A DNA stretch of 64,000 nucleotides. Source: Leucoraja erinacea. Its lineage: Eukaryota. The DNA lies in assembly GCF_028641065.1 (NCBI RefSeq), contig NC_073408.1, positions 9,052,001 to 9,116,000 of the forward strand. Direction: 5' to 3'. The translations under genes were made by a program, and so were the position numbers. The notes under the pieces were generated by a model. It worked only from the letters and a program-made list of their open reading frames with translations, made no database searches and was not told where the DNA came from. Shown one piece after another: positions 36,452 to 49,600 of this stretch (within the stretch, counting starts at the first letter, position 1; each line of letters begins with the position of its first letter).

Positions 36452-39372
36452 CGCCCTTCCACCGCCATTTACGTTTTCCACCTTAGTGCAGCACAATGGC
36501 ACAGTGGCGGAATTGCTGCCTCACAGCGCCAGAGACACTGTGCAGGAGTAGGTCATTCGGTCCTTCGAGCCTGCACCGCCATTCAATATGATCATGGCTG
36601 ATCATCCAACTCAGTATCCTGTACCTGCCTTCTCTCCGTACCCCCTGATCCCTTTTGCCACAAGGGCCACATCTAACTCCCTCTTAAATATAGCCAATTA
36701 ACTAATAATAATACATTTTATTTGTGGGCGCCTTTCAAAGTCTCAAGGACACTTTACAGAGATTAACAAGAGAGAAAAAACATATAGCGGAGTAAAATAA
36801 ATAATAAGGACATCACCAATACACAAATTAAAGACAGAAATCGCTCCAAAGACAAAAAATCAAAAACACAATGTGAAGACTGGCCTCCACTACCTTCTGT
36901 GCCAGAGAATTCCACAGATTCACCACTGTGTAAAAAATGCTTTTCTCATCTCGGTCCTAAAAGACTTCCCCCTTATCCTTAAACTGTGACCCCTTGTTCT
37001 GGACTTCCCCAACATCTGGAATAATCTTCCTGCATCTAGCCTGTCCAACCCCTTAAGAATTTTATAAGTTTCTATAAGATCCCCCCTCAATCTTCTAAAT
37101 TCTAGCGAGTACAAGCCGAGTCCAGTCTTTCTTCATATGAAAGTCCTGCCATCCCAGGAATCAGTCTGGTGAACCTTCTCTGTACTCCCTCTATGGCAAG
37201 AATGTCTTTCACCTTTTGCCTCTCCAGATGCTGCCTTGTTCTTTGTTCCAGATTCCAATATCTGTAAACTTTTTTTATCTTCGCAGTAACATCCTTCCCA
37301 ACTAGTCAACCTTTGCTACCGCCGAAGACTGTCAGCCTCTTGTTCAATTTCTTATTTATTTAGTTTAGTTTAGAGATACAGCATGAAAACAGGCCCTTCA
37401 GCCCACCGATCAATGGTCACCCATTCATTCTAATGTTATTCCGCTTTCTTATCCACTCCCTGCACACTGGGGGAAACAGACAGTTTACAGAACCCAATTA
37501 ACCTACAATCCTGTACGTCTTTGGGATGTGGGAGGAAACCGGGGCACCCAGAGGAAATCCACGCGGTCACATGGAGAACATGCAAACTCTGTACAGACAG
37601 CACCCGAGGTCAGGATCAACCTGGGCCTCTGGCACTGTGAGACAGTAACTCTACTGCTGCGCTGCTACAGGGCCTGTGTCGGCTGTGACTTCAGCTTCCA
37701 CAAACCCAACCCTTTCAATTAATTCTCTAAATCTCTGTCTCTTTAAGATAATCTTCAAAACTTTCTTCTATCATGGTTTGGTCACCTAGTGTAATATATT
37801 CCTGTTGTGACTCAGCCCAATATTTTTTGATAATTCCTGTGAAGTGTCTCAGAACATTTTTGCTATGTACAGAGTAAATATACAAATAAATTGTTGAAGC
37901 TGAAGGAAGAATTTCACAAATAAGTGGCCGTGTTTGTAATGTGTTACGAGTTGTTATTTCCATTCCATGACCATCCTCACCATCACTACCACCATCCTCA
38001 GAGGAAGAATTGGGAGTAAGAATATTTCACCATTGCTTTAGCTTTCAACAATTAACTCAGTCACAGAGTCATACAGCGTGGAAACAGACCCATTGGGCCA
38101 TCTTGCCCACGTCGATAACATGTCCCATCTACACTAGTCCTACCTATCTGTGTTTGGCCCATATCCATCTTAAGAAGAAGATGAAGAGGTATTTCTTTAG
38201 TCAGAGGGTGGAGAATCTGTGGAATTCTTTGCCACAGAAGGCTGTGGAGGCAAAGTCAGCGCATATATTTAAGGCAGAGATAGATAGATTCTTGATTTGT
38301 ACGGGTGTCAGAGGTTATGGGGAGAAGGCAGGAGAATGGGGTTAGGAGGAAGAGATAGATCAGCCATGATGGGATGACGGAGTAGATTTAATGGCCTAAT
38401 TCTACTCTAATCACTTATGATCTTATGAACCTGCCCCATCCATGTACCTGTCTAAATATTAAATCTTAAACGTTGTGATAATACCTGCATGTTGTACCGC
38501 CAAGCATTTCCCCTTGGTCAGTTTAATTTCAGCTTTAACTGCGTATGTTTCCTTGTGCTTGACTACAAGGGGCCTGTTTGCTGACCTTAGTGGCCACACG
38601 GTGGTGCAGCGGTAGAGTTTCTGCTTTACAGCGACAGAAACCTGGGTTCGATCCTGACTATGCGTGCTGTTTATACAAAGATTGTTAGTTTTCCCCATGA
38701 CCTGTGTGGATTTTCCTCGGGATTTCCGGCGTCCTCCCACACTTCAAACCCCTACAGGATAATTTTGATGGTAACATTGAAAATTATCCCTCCTGTGTGT
38801 GTGTGTGTGTATAGCGTAAATGTGCCTGGATTTGTTTGTCCGTGTGGATACGGTGGGCCAAAGGGCCTGTTTACACACTGTATCTCTAATCTAAACTAAA
38901 TCCCTCTAAACCTATCCTATCCATGTACCAGTCTAAATGTTTCTTAAACATTGCAATAGTATCTGCAAGTTGGACCTCCAAGCATCTCCCTTTGGTCAGT
39001 TTAATTTCACCTTAAACTGCGTATGGTTCTTTGTGCTTGACTACAGGGGGTCTGTTTCCTGGCCCTAGTCCCACAGGGCAGAGAAGTGCCGCACTGTCAG
39101 TGGCTACGTATTAACTGCCTCATGCTATCTTGTAGAATTTGCACTGTTTATTAATTTTACAGCAAAACAATCTGGAAAAATATTATCCCGCAGTGTTCCA
39201 AGTAAACCTTGTAGATCTGAGATCTAGTTCTGTCCCGTAGGTTCCCAATCCGAAACGTCACCTATCCGTGTCCTCCAGAGATGCTGCCTGGCCCGCTGTG
39301 TTACTCCAGCACTTTGTGTGTCTGTCAGCGATGACAAAGAACGTGAACAAACGGCCGAGGGAACAAACCTAA

Positions 39373-39676
39373 AAGCCCTGTCCCACTGTACGAGTTCATT
39401 CCAAGAGTTCTCCCGAGTTTGCCCTGATTCGAACTCGGAGATTTACGGTAATGGCCGCTCGTCGGTACTTCGGGGCTCTCGTGGACATTTTCCAACATGT
39501 TGAAAAATCTTCACGAGTCTTCCCGAGCTTACCGCATTTCCCGAGTACCTGCCGTGAGCATTACGAGCCGCTAAGAGTCGTCCCCGAGCTCTGACGTACC
39601 CGCTACGTGCTTCCATGAGTTGTTTTTTTAACTCGGGAGAGCTCTTGGAATGAACTCGTACAGTGGGACAGGGCTT
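39373..39676. mobile_element. PIF/Harbinger-type MITE (47-bp TIRs, TAA TSD)
   Basis: TAA|aagccctgtcccactgtacgagttcattccaagag ... ctcttggaatgaactcgtacagtgggacagggctt|TAA; one mismatch in 47 bp. Confidence 0.85.
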
Positions 39677-40269
39677 TAAAAGATTGACACAAAATGCTGG
39701 AGTAACTCAGCGGGACAGGCAGCATCTCTGGAGGGAAGGAATGGATGACGTTTTGGGTTGAGACCCTTCTTCAGACCGAAAGTCACGGGAGAGGGAAACG
39801 AGAGATATAGATGGTGATGCAGAGATATGGAACAAATGAATGAAAGATATGCAAAAAAAAAAGTAACAATGATAAAGGAAACAGGCCGCTGTAGTTAATT
39901 GTGGGGAACAACCCTGTTGGATCACAGTCAAATCTCAGAACAGAAAACCCATTAAAAATAGGCAAACTGCAAAGATAAAGCATTTACACTACAACATTTC
40001 TGAACAGTCAATAAAAAGTCATTGAGACATTAAATATTCAGCACTCTCAATCTTCTCCTTTACCTATTACACTGGAGTTTGATTGTATTTCTGTACAGTG
40101 TTATCTGATCTTTTTGGATAGCAGGAAAGCAAAGGTTTTCGCTGCACCTCAGTACACGTGACAATACTAAACCGAAGCAATTTGGATGGAAAATATAATT
40201 ATTTCCCGTGGAAGTTGGAGCAGAGCGGGTTCTCTCTGTCCATAGATGCTGTTGGTTAATTGTAGCCGC

Positions 40270-40680
40270 ACGGGGTCTCCAGCAGCGGGGTTGTTTTGGT
40301 GTTTGGACTGTTTTGTAGCCGAGTAGCCGAGGGCTGTGGACGGGAGGGGAGGGGAAGGGAGCCGAGGACACGGCTGCAGTGAGCGGCCTCGCCGCCCAGC
40401 GACGCCACAGGCCGGGCCATGGCGGTGCGGAGCAGGCAGCGGGCGGGAGGCAGGAGGCCGCCGGCGGACGGGGGCCCCGGGGCGGCCGGAGACAGCAGCC
40501 GGGCGCCGCGGGAGGAGAGCGGGGCGGAGGACAAGAGTCAGGAGAGCAGGAACGGGTGAGGACTCGGGCCCGGTGCCGGTAATGAGAGTTCCCGGACCAG
40601 GACCTGGACCTGGACCCGGGCCCAGCAGCTGCTGTCTCCCCGGCCGGCGGTAGCCTGGGTCCGGGCTGCACACACACACC
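40270..40680 (+). promoter_or_regulatory. CpG island at the ALG9 promoter/exon 1
   Basis: GC- and CpG-rich stretch surrounding the ATG at 40419. Confidence 0.75.
40419..40555 (+). CDS. ALG9: ALG9 exon 1
   Basis: ggccATGG; MAVRSRQR...; AAC GG|GTGAGG; phase matches exon 2. Confidence 0.85.
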
Positions 40681-43600
40681 GTGTCCATCCATCCATCCAT
40701 CCAGCCACCCATTCATTCATTCATTCAGCGCTGCTGCAGAGTTCCTTCCTCCTCGTTACATTGTCCGCCCTTGTCTTCACACAGTGGGTGCCTGCAACCA
40801 GCTGTCAGTGGTGATGGTGGAGGCAGAGACCATAGTGGCGTTTAAAATGCTTTTTAGATAGACACATGGATGTGCAGGGGTATGAATTATGTGCAGGCAT
40901 GTAAGGGTTGGCCTTGGCATCATGTTTAGTCCAGGCATTGTGGGCCGAAGGGCCGTCCCTGTGCTGTTCTACGCTCTGCACTCCTTTTTTACTTTGAGCC
41001 TTCACTCCTCGCTGCCCCTTCACTCTTTGCTCTGTCACACCGTCCTCTCTTTGCTGCTGTCTTGCATCATGTTCAGCACACACGTTGAGGGCCGAAGGGC
41101 CTGTGGTTACATTGTCCATCCCTTGTTACCATGTATCTCTGCCCCATCGCCTTTGCAACAATGTTTCCCTGTTTACTGTCAGTCACTTATCCTTCAAGCC
41201 TGCAATCAAAAGGGAAGTTTAAAAAGTGTTTAATTCTAATGAAATGTGTGAAAGAACATCTTTTGATTTTATCCGCTTCACTAAGATCACCCCTCAGCCT
41301 CCCGTGCTCCAAGGAGGAAGGTCCTAGCCTGCTCAACCTCTCCCTGTAGCTCCAAAGATGTACAGGTTTGTAGGTTAATTGCCTTGGCGTAAAATGTAAA
41401 ATTGTCACTCGCGTATATGGTAAAGTTAATGTGCGGGGATCGTTGGTCGGCATGGACTCGATGGGCCGAAGGGCCTGTTTCTGCGCTGTATCTCTAAACT
41501 AAAATTAAACTCAGGGGGTTACATTCTGGTAACATCCTCGCAAATCATCTTTATGCTCTTTCCAGCTTAACAACATCCTTCCTGTGGCAGGGTGCCCAAA
41601 CTGAGCACAATACTCCAAGTAAGAACATTATTGGAATGAATTGTTCAGAGATCCGGTGGAATGGGTTGAAGGTGGTCAGGGAATTTTCTGAGCATCTTAC
41701 CCATCCTGTCTCTCAGGTAAATCCATATTAAAACACGTCGGTTATTCGCTCGTGGCACAGTGGCGCAACAGTAGAGTTACTGCCTTACAGCGCCAAAGAC
41801 CCGGGTTCGATCCTGACTACGGCTGCTCTCTGTACGGAGTTTGCACACTCGCTCTGTGGATGCGTGTGTTTTCTCCGGGTGCTCCGGTTTCCTCCCACAT
41901 TCCAAAGACGTGAAGGTTTGTAGGTTAATTGGCTTCTGTAAAATTGTCCCTAGTGTGTAGGATAGAGCTAATGTACGGGGTGATTGCTGGACTGGTGCGG
42001 ATTCGGTGGGCCGAAGAGCCTATTTCCATGCTGTATCTCGAAACTAATCTAGTCATGGGGATTGGCTTCCTCCACAACATTGCCACATTTCACTCAGTGC
42101 ATTTGTTGTGTTTGGTACCGTGTTTCCTGTTAATGGAATAAGCGCTATGTTAACTTCCAAATATTTAATTTGCTACTTGTTTGTTGGTTCTGCGACCCAT
42201 ACCATATCTTGCCATCCCTTCCCCCTGACTGCCGGTGCCTAGACCTCCCTCCCCTTACCTCCAACGTTTGCCCCTCTGCAGGCAGTCAGTGAAGGTGTGG
42301 GCACCTGAGGGATCAACGGCCTTCAAGTGCCTCATCTCGGCACGGTTCTGCGCCGCATTACTCAGCAACCTCTCCGACTGCGATGAAACCTTCAACTACT
42401 GGGAGCCCGTAAGTCAGATACCGCCAGTTGTTTGTTTGTTTGGAATGACAGGAATTTAACTTGTGCTGATACGTAAAGGGTGACACGGTGGCGCAGCGGT
42501 AGAGTTGCTGCCTCACAGCACCAGAGACCCAGGTTCGATCCTGACTACGGGTGCTGTCTGTACAGAGTTTGTCCATTCTCCCTGTGACCTGCTTGGGTTT
42601 CCTCCGACTTTCCAAAGACACACATGTTTGTAGGTTAATTGGCTTTGGTAAGAATTGTAAATAGTCCTTAGTGTGTAGTGCTAGTGTAGGGGATTGCTGG
42701 TAGGCGGGGACTCAGTGGGTCGAAGGGCCTGTTTCCACACTGTATCACTAAATTAAATAAGATACTTCGGAAAGGATCTTACTTTCTATTCAATCTTCTT
42801 CTCATCGAGTCCACGTACAAGATGAGAAGTTGTTGAGCCAGAGCTGAACACATTACTTGGCATCTACACAATGGTGTCTGTCTTGTCACTTCTTGTGCGT
42901 GGTGGTAGAAAAATTGGTGGAAACAGGGCCTTGACGTGAACGCTCTTTCCTTAACCCCTTTCTATTCAATGCGTCAGTGGTACATTATTGTCACAAGTAC
43001 ATCAGTGCAGTGAAATGGTTTGTTTGCATATGACCCAGTAAAATCATACCACAGACTAGGCAGTTACACAGAGTCCCCACGTGTTTTGGTGCCGACAAAT
43101 TTACAATAAGTTCATTGACGTGTTTTACCTTCTGGTCGCAGCGGAGACTTGGGTCTGCACCGCAGGTGTCTTTTGTAGATGTTCCTTAGTCCTCCTTGGT
43201 CTACTGCAGTAGAAAGGGCAGCTAGGCGGTGGTGTGCTCCTCCTGCAGTATGTGGGAGGTCAGGGAGTCTTCCAGTGTGGGAGGTGCATCCAGCTGCAGC
43301 TCTTTACAGACCACATTAAGGAACTGGAGCAGCAGCTAGATGACCTCAGGATCATCCAGGAGACTGAGGAGGTCACAGATAGGATTTACAGTGAGGAGTT
43401 ATGCTTAGGGTAGGGCTCAGAAGTAGATGGGTGATCACACAAAATGACAGTAAGATGCAGTTGCAAGAAGATTAAATTGTTGAACATGTGATTTATGTTT
43501 CATGTCTTTGTTTCCAGATTCATTTTCTGTTGTATGGAACGGGATTCCAGACTTGGGAATATTCTCCGGTGTACGCTATTCGTTCTTACGCTTACCTATG

Positions 43601-46600
43601 GCTCCACGTTTTACCTGCCTGGTTCCATGCCAAAATCTTGCAAACCAACAAGGTGTGTTTTATTGAAAGGTATTTCTGAACTGACCGCTATTTCCCTCTA
43701 CATTAGGGGATACCTTTACCCGTACCGCGTCCCTATACATTAGAGACACATTTACCTGTATATTAGGGGTGCATTTATCTGTACATTAGAGGTATATATT
43801 TACCTGTACTGTTTCTCTGTACATTAGGGTGTGAAGTGCGAAAGGTACGTTGAAATTTATAATAATGTGCACTTTCAAAGAGGGAATGGGGAGGGGGGGA
43901 GGGGAGGGGGGGGGGAGGGGGGGGGGGGGGGCAATGGACCCGCGCTGAGAAATAGTGTCAAAACAGAAAGGTGCCCACTGATCAGCATGGAATAATTGGA
44001 CCGAGTGGCCTGTTTCTATGCTATACAGTTCTAAGATTTAGCGTGAATAAGTAGTTCCTGTGTTTTACTCCGGTGCTGGAGTAAAGTATTTCAATGTACG
44101 GAGTCCACACTAGTGTTTGTGGAGCCAGTGAATAGCAGATGTTTGGACTGTACACTGTTAATACGTTCCTTTACTGCTCTCCCCTGACCAGTCACCCCCA
44201 CCAGCAGTATCCACCAGGGCGTATCTGTTGTCAAGAGGGATGGCCACAGCACTCTGCTTACTGCCTTTTCAGGTGGTCACCAATCTACCTCCGGCCCCTG
44301 CCCAAGGCGTGACCTCCTCGCTGTCATTCCTATCTGCGACCTCTGTCTCCTGGGTGATCCTGAGGTCATCCAGCTGCTGTTCCAGTTCGCTAGCGCGGTC
44401 TGTAAGGAGCTGCAGTTGGACCCACTTCCCACACTGGAAGTCTCCCTGACTTCCCACATCTGCAGGAGGAGCACACCACCGCATAGCTGCCCTCTCTACT
44501 GCACCACACCAAGGCAGATCAAGGAACATCTACAAAAGGCAAGCTGTGCAGGCCTGGGTCGCCGCTGCGAGCAGAAGGTAAAACTCCAATAAACTTATTG
44601 TAAATAAATGCTGTGCCTTGTTAGTTGGACTTGGCCTTGTACTGTAGCCATCTCTCTGACCACAGTGAACGAGAATATAGAGTGGCACAGTGTGGAAGCA
44701 GGACCTTTGGCCAACTTGCCCACACCGGCTAACATGTCCTGGACTAGTGTAGCTGGAACATGTTGACCAGTGTGGGCAAGTGGGCCGAAGGGCCTGTGTC
44801 CACACTGCAACACTCTATATTTCGTTCGTTCACTGTGGTCAGAGAGATCAGAACTGGTCTATGAATAAAACTGAAGGCATTGACAGTGCTGCGGTACAAG
44901 GTCAGTCCAACTGGAAACAAGGCACAGGCATTTATTTACATGCGATGTCAGACTGTCTTATGAAGAAAGACTGGGTGGTTTATACTCTTTAGAAGATGAG
45001 AGGGGATCTTATAAAAACAAAATTCGCAGATGCAGGAAAGCTGGAGATGGGAGCTTAAAAAACCGAGATGAGAAATCACACATTGTCACTCTTGCCACAA
45101 TGAACCTATATTTAAGAGGGGAATGGGTGCTGGGACTAAGCCGAGCATGGAAGTTGCAGGAATGTTGCCAAAGGCCAGCTGGTTGAGTTCATGCCTGTTA
45201 AATAGTTCCAACCAAGTCTTGGTCACTCTCAGATCCCATCCACACTCCTGTTGATGTTGTTTGTTCTCTGCCATGGAATCCCCCTTGTCTAAATTACAGG
45301 AGGTCTGTGTGTGACCTTCAGCCATGGCTCCAGTGCCTGAGAACCATTGAATGCCATGGCACAAGACAAAAGAGGGTGTGATCGACTTCAAGTGGTACGC
45401 ATACCCTGGTATACATTGACGGCACTGATGTGGAGATGTTTGAAAGCTTCAACCTGCTAGGAGTAAATATCACCAGCAACTTGTCCCGGACTAGCTGTAT
45501 CAAAGCAATGGCGAAGAAAGCACACCAACGCCTCAATTTCCTTAAAAGGCTTAGGAAGTTCGGCATGTCCCTCTCATCAACAGCTCTCATCAACTTCCTC
45601 AGATGCGCCATAGAAAGCATTAATAAACGGGATGCATCATAGCATGGATTGGGAACAGCTCCATCCAAGACCACAAGAAGTGGCAGATAATTGTGGACGC
45701 AGACCAGGTGATCACACAAACCAACCTCCCTTCGATTGACTCCATCTACACTTCACGCTGCCTCAGCAGGGCCAGCAACTTAATAAGGATCAATCTCACC
45801 CCAGCCACTCCCTCTTCTCCCCTCTCCCACCAGGCAAGAGGTACAGAAGTGTGAAAACGCACACCTCCACATTCGGGGACAGTTTCTTCCCAACAGTTAT
45901 CAGGCAACTGAACCATCCTGTCACCCACTAGAGAGCAGATCTGAGCTAACATCGACCTCATTGGAGATCCTTGGACTATACTGGACTTTATCTTGCACTA
46001 AATGTTATTCCCTTTATCATGTATCTGTACACTGTGGACGGATCGATTGTAATCATGTCTAGTCTTTCCGCTGACTGGATAGCACCTAACAAAAAGCCTT
46101 TCACTGTCCCTTGGTACACGTGACAATAAACTAAACTGAACAGTACGCTGTATCTCTGTGCACAGAGCACTTGGCATTTTGTCAATCACGGATACCTGCA
46201 GCTTCAGCCGATCGATCTTCAGATGCAGCTGCCAATTACTGCCGCTACACTGCTCACTTCTCACCACATTGCAACCTTTTCCAATTCCCGAGGGAATGTC
46301 TCTATTGAATCTGCTTCTTTTGCCCTTTACGGCAGCCCCTCCACAGCGCGACTTGCTGCTTTTCACAAAAAGAGTTCCTATTCTCAATGTGTCTTTCTCC
46401 AATTATCTTTGATATTATCTTTCTCCAATTCTCAGCAGTTTATCCTCAGTCAGAGCTCTGCACCATTGTGTACAATTACACTACAGCTTTCCCGGTCTCT
46501 ATCCGAAGGAGAGCACCCTAATTACCCGAGGTTCGATGTAATACCTGTCACTTCCAGAAAGTAACGATTACTGAACAAACGCAGTGTAAAACCATAGAGC

Positions 46601-49600
46601 CTTCTTTGCCACCCTCTCCACTTGTGTTGCCAGTTTGAGTTCTGTACCTGCAGCCAACAATCCCTCTGAACATCAGTGCCCCTGAGGATCCTACATTTGA
46701 CCTCCCAAAGCGCAACAACTCACACTTAACCCCCATCAGCCATTTCTTAGCTCCTATTTCCATCTGATCTATATCCTGCTTAGTTTAGTTTAGTTTCCGA
46801 GATACAGCGCGGAAACAGGCCCTTAGGCCCACCAGGTCCGCGCTGACTAGCGATCCCCGCACGCTAACACTATCCTACACCCACTAGGGACAATTTTTAC
46901 ATTTACCAAGCCAATTAACCTACAAACCTGCACGTGTTTGGAATGTGGGAGGAAACGGAAGATCTGGGAGAAAACCTACGCAGGTCACGGGGCAAATATA
47001 CACACTCCGTACAGACAGCACCCGTAGTCGGGATCGAACCCGGGTCTCCAGCGCTGCATTCGCTGTAAGGCAGCAACTCTACCACTGCACCACCGTGACC
47101 GCTGCATCCTTGACAACCTTCTGCATTATCCACAACACCAATGTTTGTGTTGTCTACACATTTACGTATGTATACGTTCTGACTAGAGGGCTGAGACCAG
47201 CGTTGGTTTGCAACGATCAGTGGTGGGTCTCAGACCAGGGTCCTGCTATTTACTGTTTCCTTTTACGTTTGACCTTGCAAAATGCAATACCTTCCATGGA
47301 CCATGTGGTCAACATCCACTGTCCTATCATCATCAACCATGTTCGTCACCTCCTCAATAAATTCTGTAAGACACAACCTCCTCTACACAATTCCATGATG
47401 ACTATCCCTCATCAGACCAGAGACGCAAGAGACTGCAGATGCTGGAATCTTGAGCAAGAACCAAAGTGCTGGTGGAACTCAGCGGGTTGGACAGCAGCTG
47501 TGGAGAGCATGGAGGGACCATATTTCGGGTCGGGACCTTTCTTCAGGCTGGACGAAGGTTCTTGCCTCAGCATGGATTCTCCATTTTAACTCCACAGATG
47601 CAACCCACCCCCTGAGTTACCCCATGTTGTTTCAGACGTGAGTAGATACTGTTCCCCATCTTCGGTAACTTCCCTCCGACCAAGGCGATGCGTAAGGGCC
47701 TGTAATGTGCTGCATCCTTAGTGGTTGAGCTTTGTTTAGCGGCAGAGAAAGGTTGAGCGCAGTGCGCGGCACTTTGTGAAACTGCATTGACGGCTATAGA
47801 CGTGCTGTTTAATATCATTAAAGTTGAATCCACAGTTGGCTTTATCACAACAGGTGTTTCTGTTTACAGGTACTTGTCTTCTATTTCTTGCGATGTCTCT
47901 TAGCCTTCTTCTGCTGTGTTTGTGAGCTGTACTTTTACAAGTAAGTCAGCATCGTGTCTCGGACGTGTTCCTGCCTTGTGATAAGAATATTAAAAACTGT
48001 GAGATTGGACCTTCCTTGTCCGGGGTGCCTCCTGCACTCAGCGTGGCTCGGGGTTGGACAATAGGGGCTACACTTCACACCCACCGCCCTCATCTCTGGA
48101 CACCGTGTGCGTAGCGGAGAGGGTCGGGCTGAAGCTGTGCTGGTTGGGCAGTTCCTGGGCTTGGCCCTGGTGCCAGGCGGAAGAGGGCTCAGCCCGAACC
48201 AGCTCCCACTCCTTCTCCGGAGTTCCAGGTTCGCACCCGGGTGGGTTTAGAGAGGGACCACCGTGGGCACCCATGAGGATATCCGGGACCGCAGGGTGTA
48301 GAATGCATCCGTAACTAAGATGGGGAAATAGTAATTTAAGAATGGAAGGTACAAAAAATGCTGGAGAAACTCAGCGGGTGCAGCAGCATCTATGGAGCGA
48401 AGGAAATAGGCAACGTTTCGGCCCGAAACGTTGCCTATTTCCTTCGCTCCATAGATGTTGCTGCACCCGCTGAGTTTCTCCAGCATTTTTGTGCACCTTC
48501 GAGTTTGCAGCATCTGCAGTTCCTTCTTGAGTAATTTAAGATTAGTTTTACTTGTACTATGGTGGTGGGATTTGTTTAGAATAATTCAGAATTGTACATA
48601 TTATTGTAATTATTTGTTTAAATTAAAATAAAGGGTTGGATAATAACCCTGTCACATTTATTCCCCAAAAACACAGCGTCCCACACTTGTCCACATTAAA
48701 CTCCATCTGCCATTTCTCCACCCAACTGGTCTATATCCTGCAGTATTCTTTGACAACCTTTTTGACGGCCTCCACTGTCACTGACCTCCCGACCCTGACC
48801 AAATGAGCCCTGATATTTAGACAATTGTTAATGACTGGGGCAGAGCCACTGCTTCTTTTTCTCAGCACCCCTTGGTACTAACGGAGAATCTGCTGGTTTG
48901 TGTTCCAGAGCCGTTTGCAAGAAGTTTGGTCTCCACGTGGGGCGACTGATGTTGGCGTTCTTGGTTTTGAGTACAGGAATGTTCTGCTCCGCTGCGGGTA
49001 AGTCACGGGGGAGTCTTGTCCAAACGGATAGAGTAACACCCAGGATGAGAGGGGATCGGGGGAATCTGGGAGTGATTGGACCTTCCTCGTTTGGCTTCGT
49101 CAGTTAGCAGATGTAAGGTTTTGGAAGCTGAGATCGGACAAACCCCTGAGGGATATAAAGGGAGAACCTAAATGGGAATCAGGAGGGGGCCGAGAGGGTC
49201 CGTGAAATGCCCTTGGTGAGATGGATTAAAGAGAATGCCAAGGCATCGTTTTATTTGTGTATTAGAAACCGGTGGGTAGTTAGGAAGACGGTAGGATCAG
49301 TCAAGGGCGGAAGAGGAGAATCTATGCTCCGAGCCTGAGGAAGAGTGTGAGGGCCTCAATGAGAACTTTGCCACTGTATTCACCCAACGCGAAGGTAAAG
49401 CAGGATGGCGAGATCAGGGAGGGGTAAGCTGATGCTTGCGCATGTTGATGTCAAGATGGATGGGTGTTGGGTTTTTTGAAGAACGTTAAGGTGGTTAAGT
49501 TCCCACAGTCTGATGGGATCTATCCCAGGTTATTGATAGAGGCAAGAGAGAAGATTGCAGATGCCTTGATGAAGACCTTTGTATTCACTTTAGCCACAGG

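Noticed and set aside
40060-40716. 218-aa and 181-aa minus-strand ORFs
   Set aside because: Antisense frames through the GC-rich ALG9 CpG island; no recognisable domain
46945-47589. 214-aa ORF
   Set aside because: Chimeric frame across antisense SINE, CR1 and Penelope fragments
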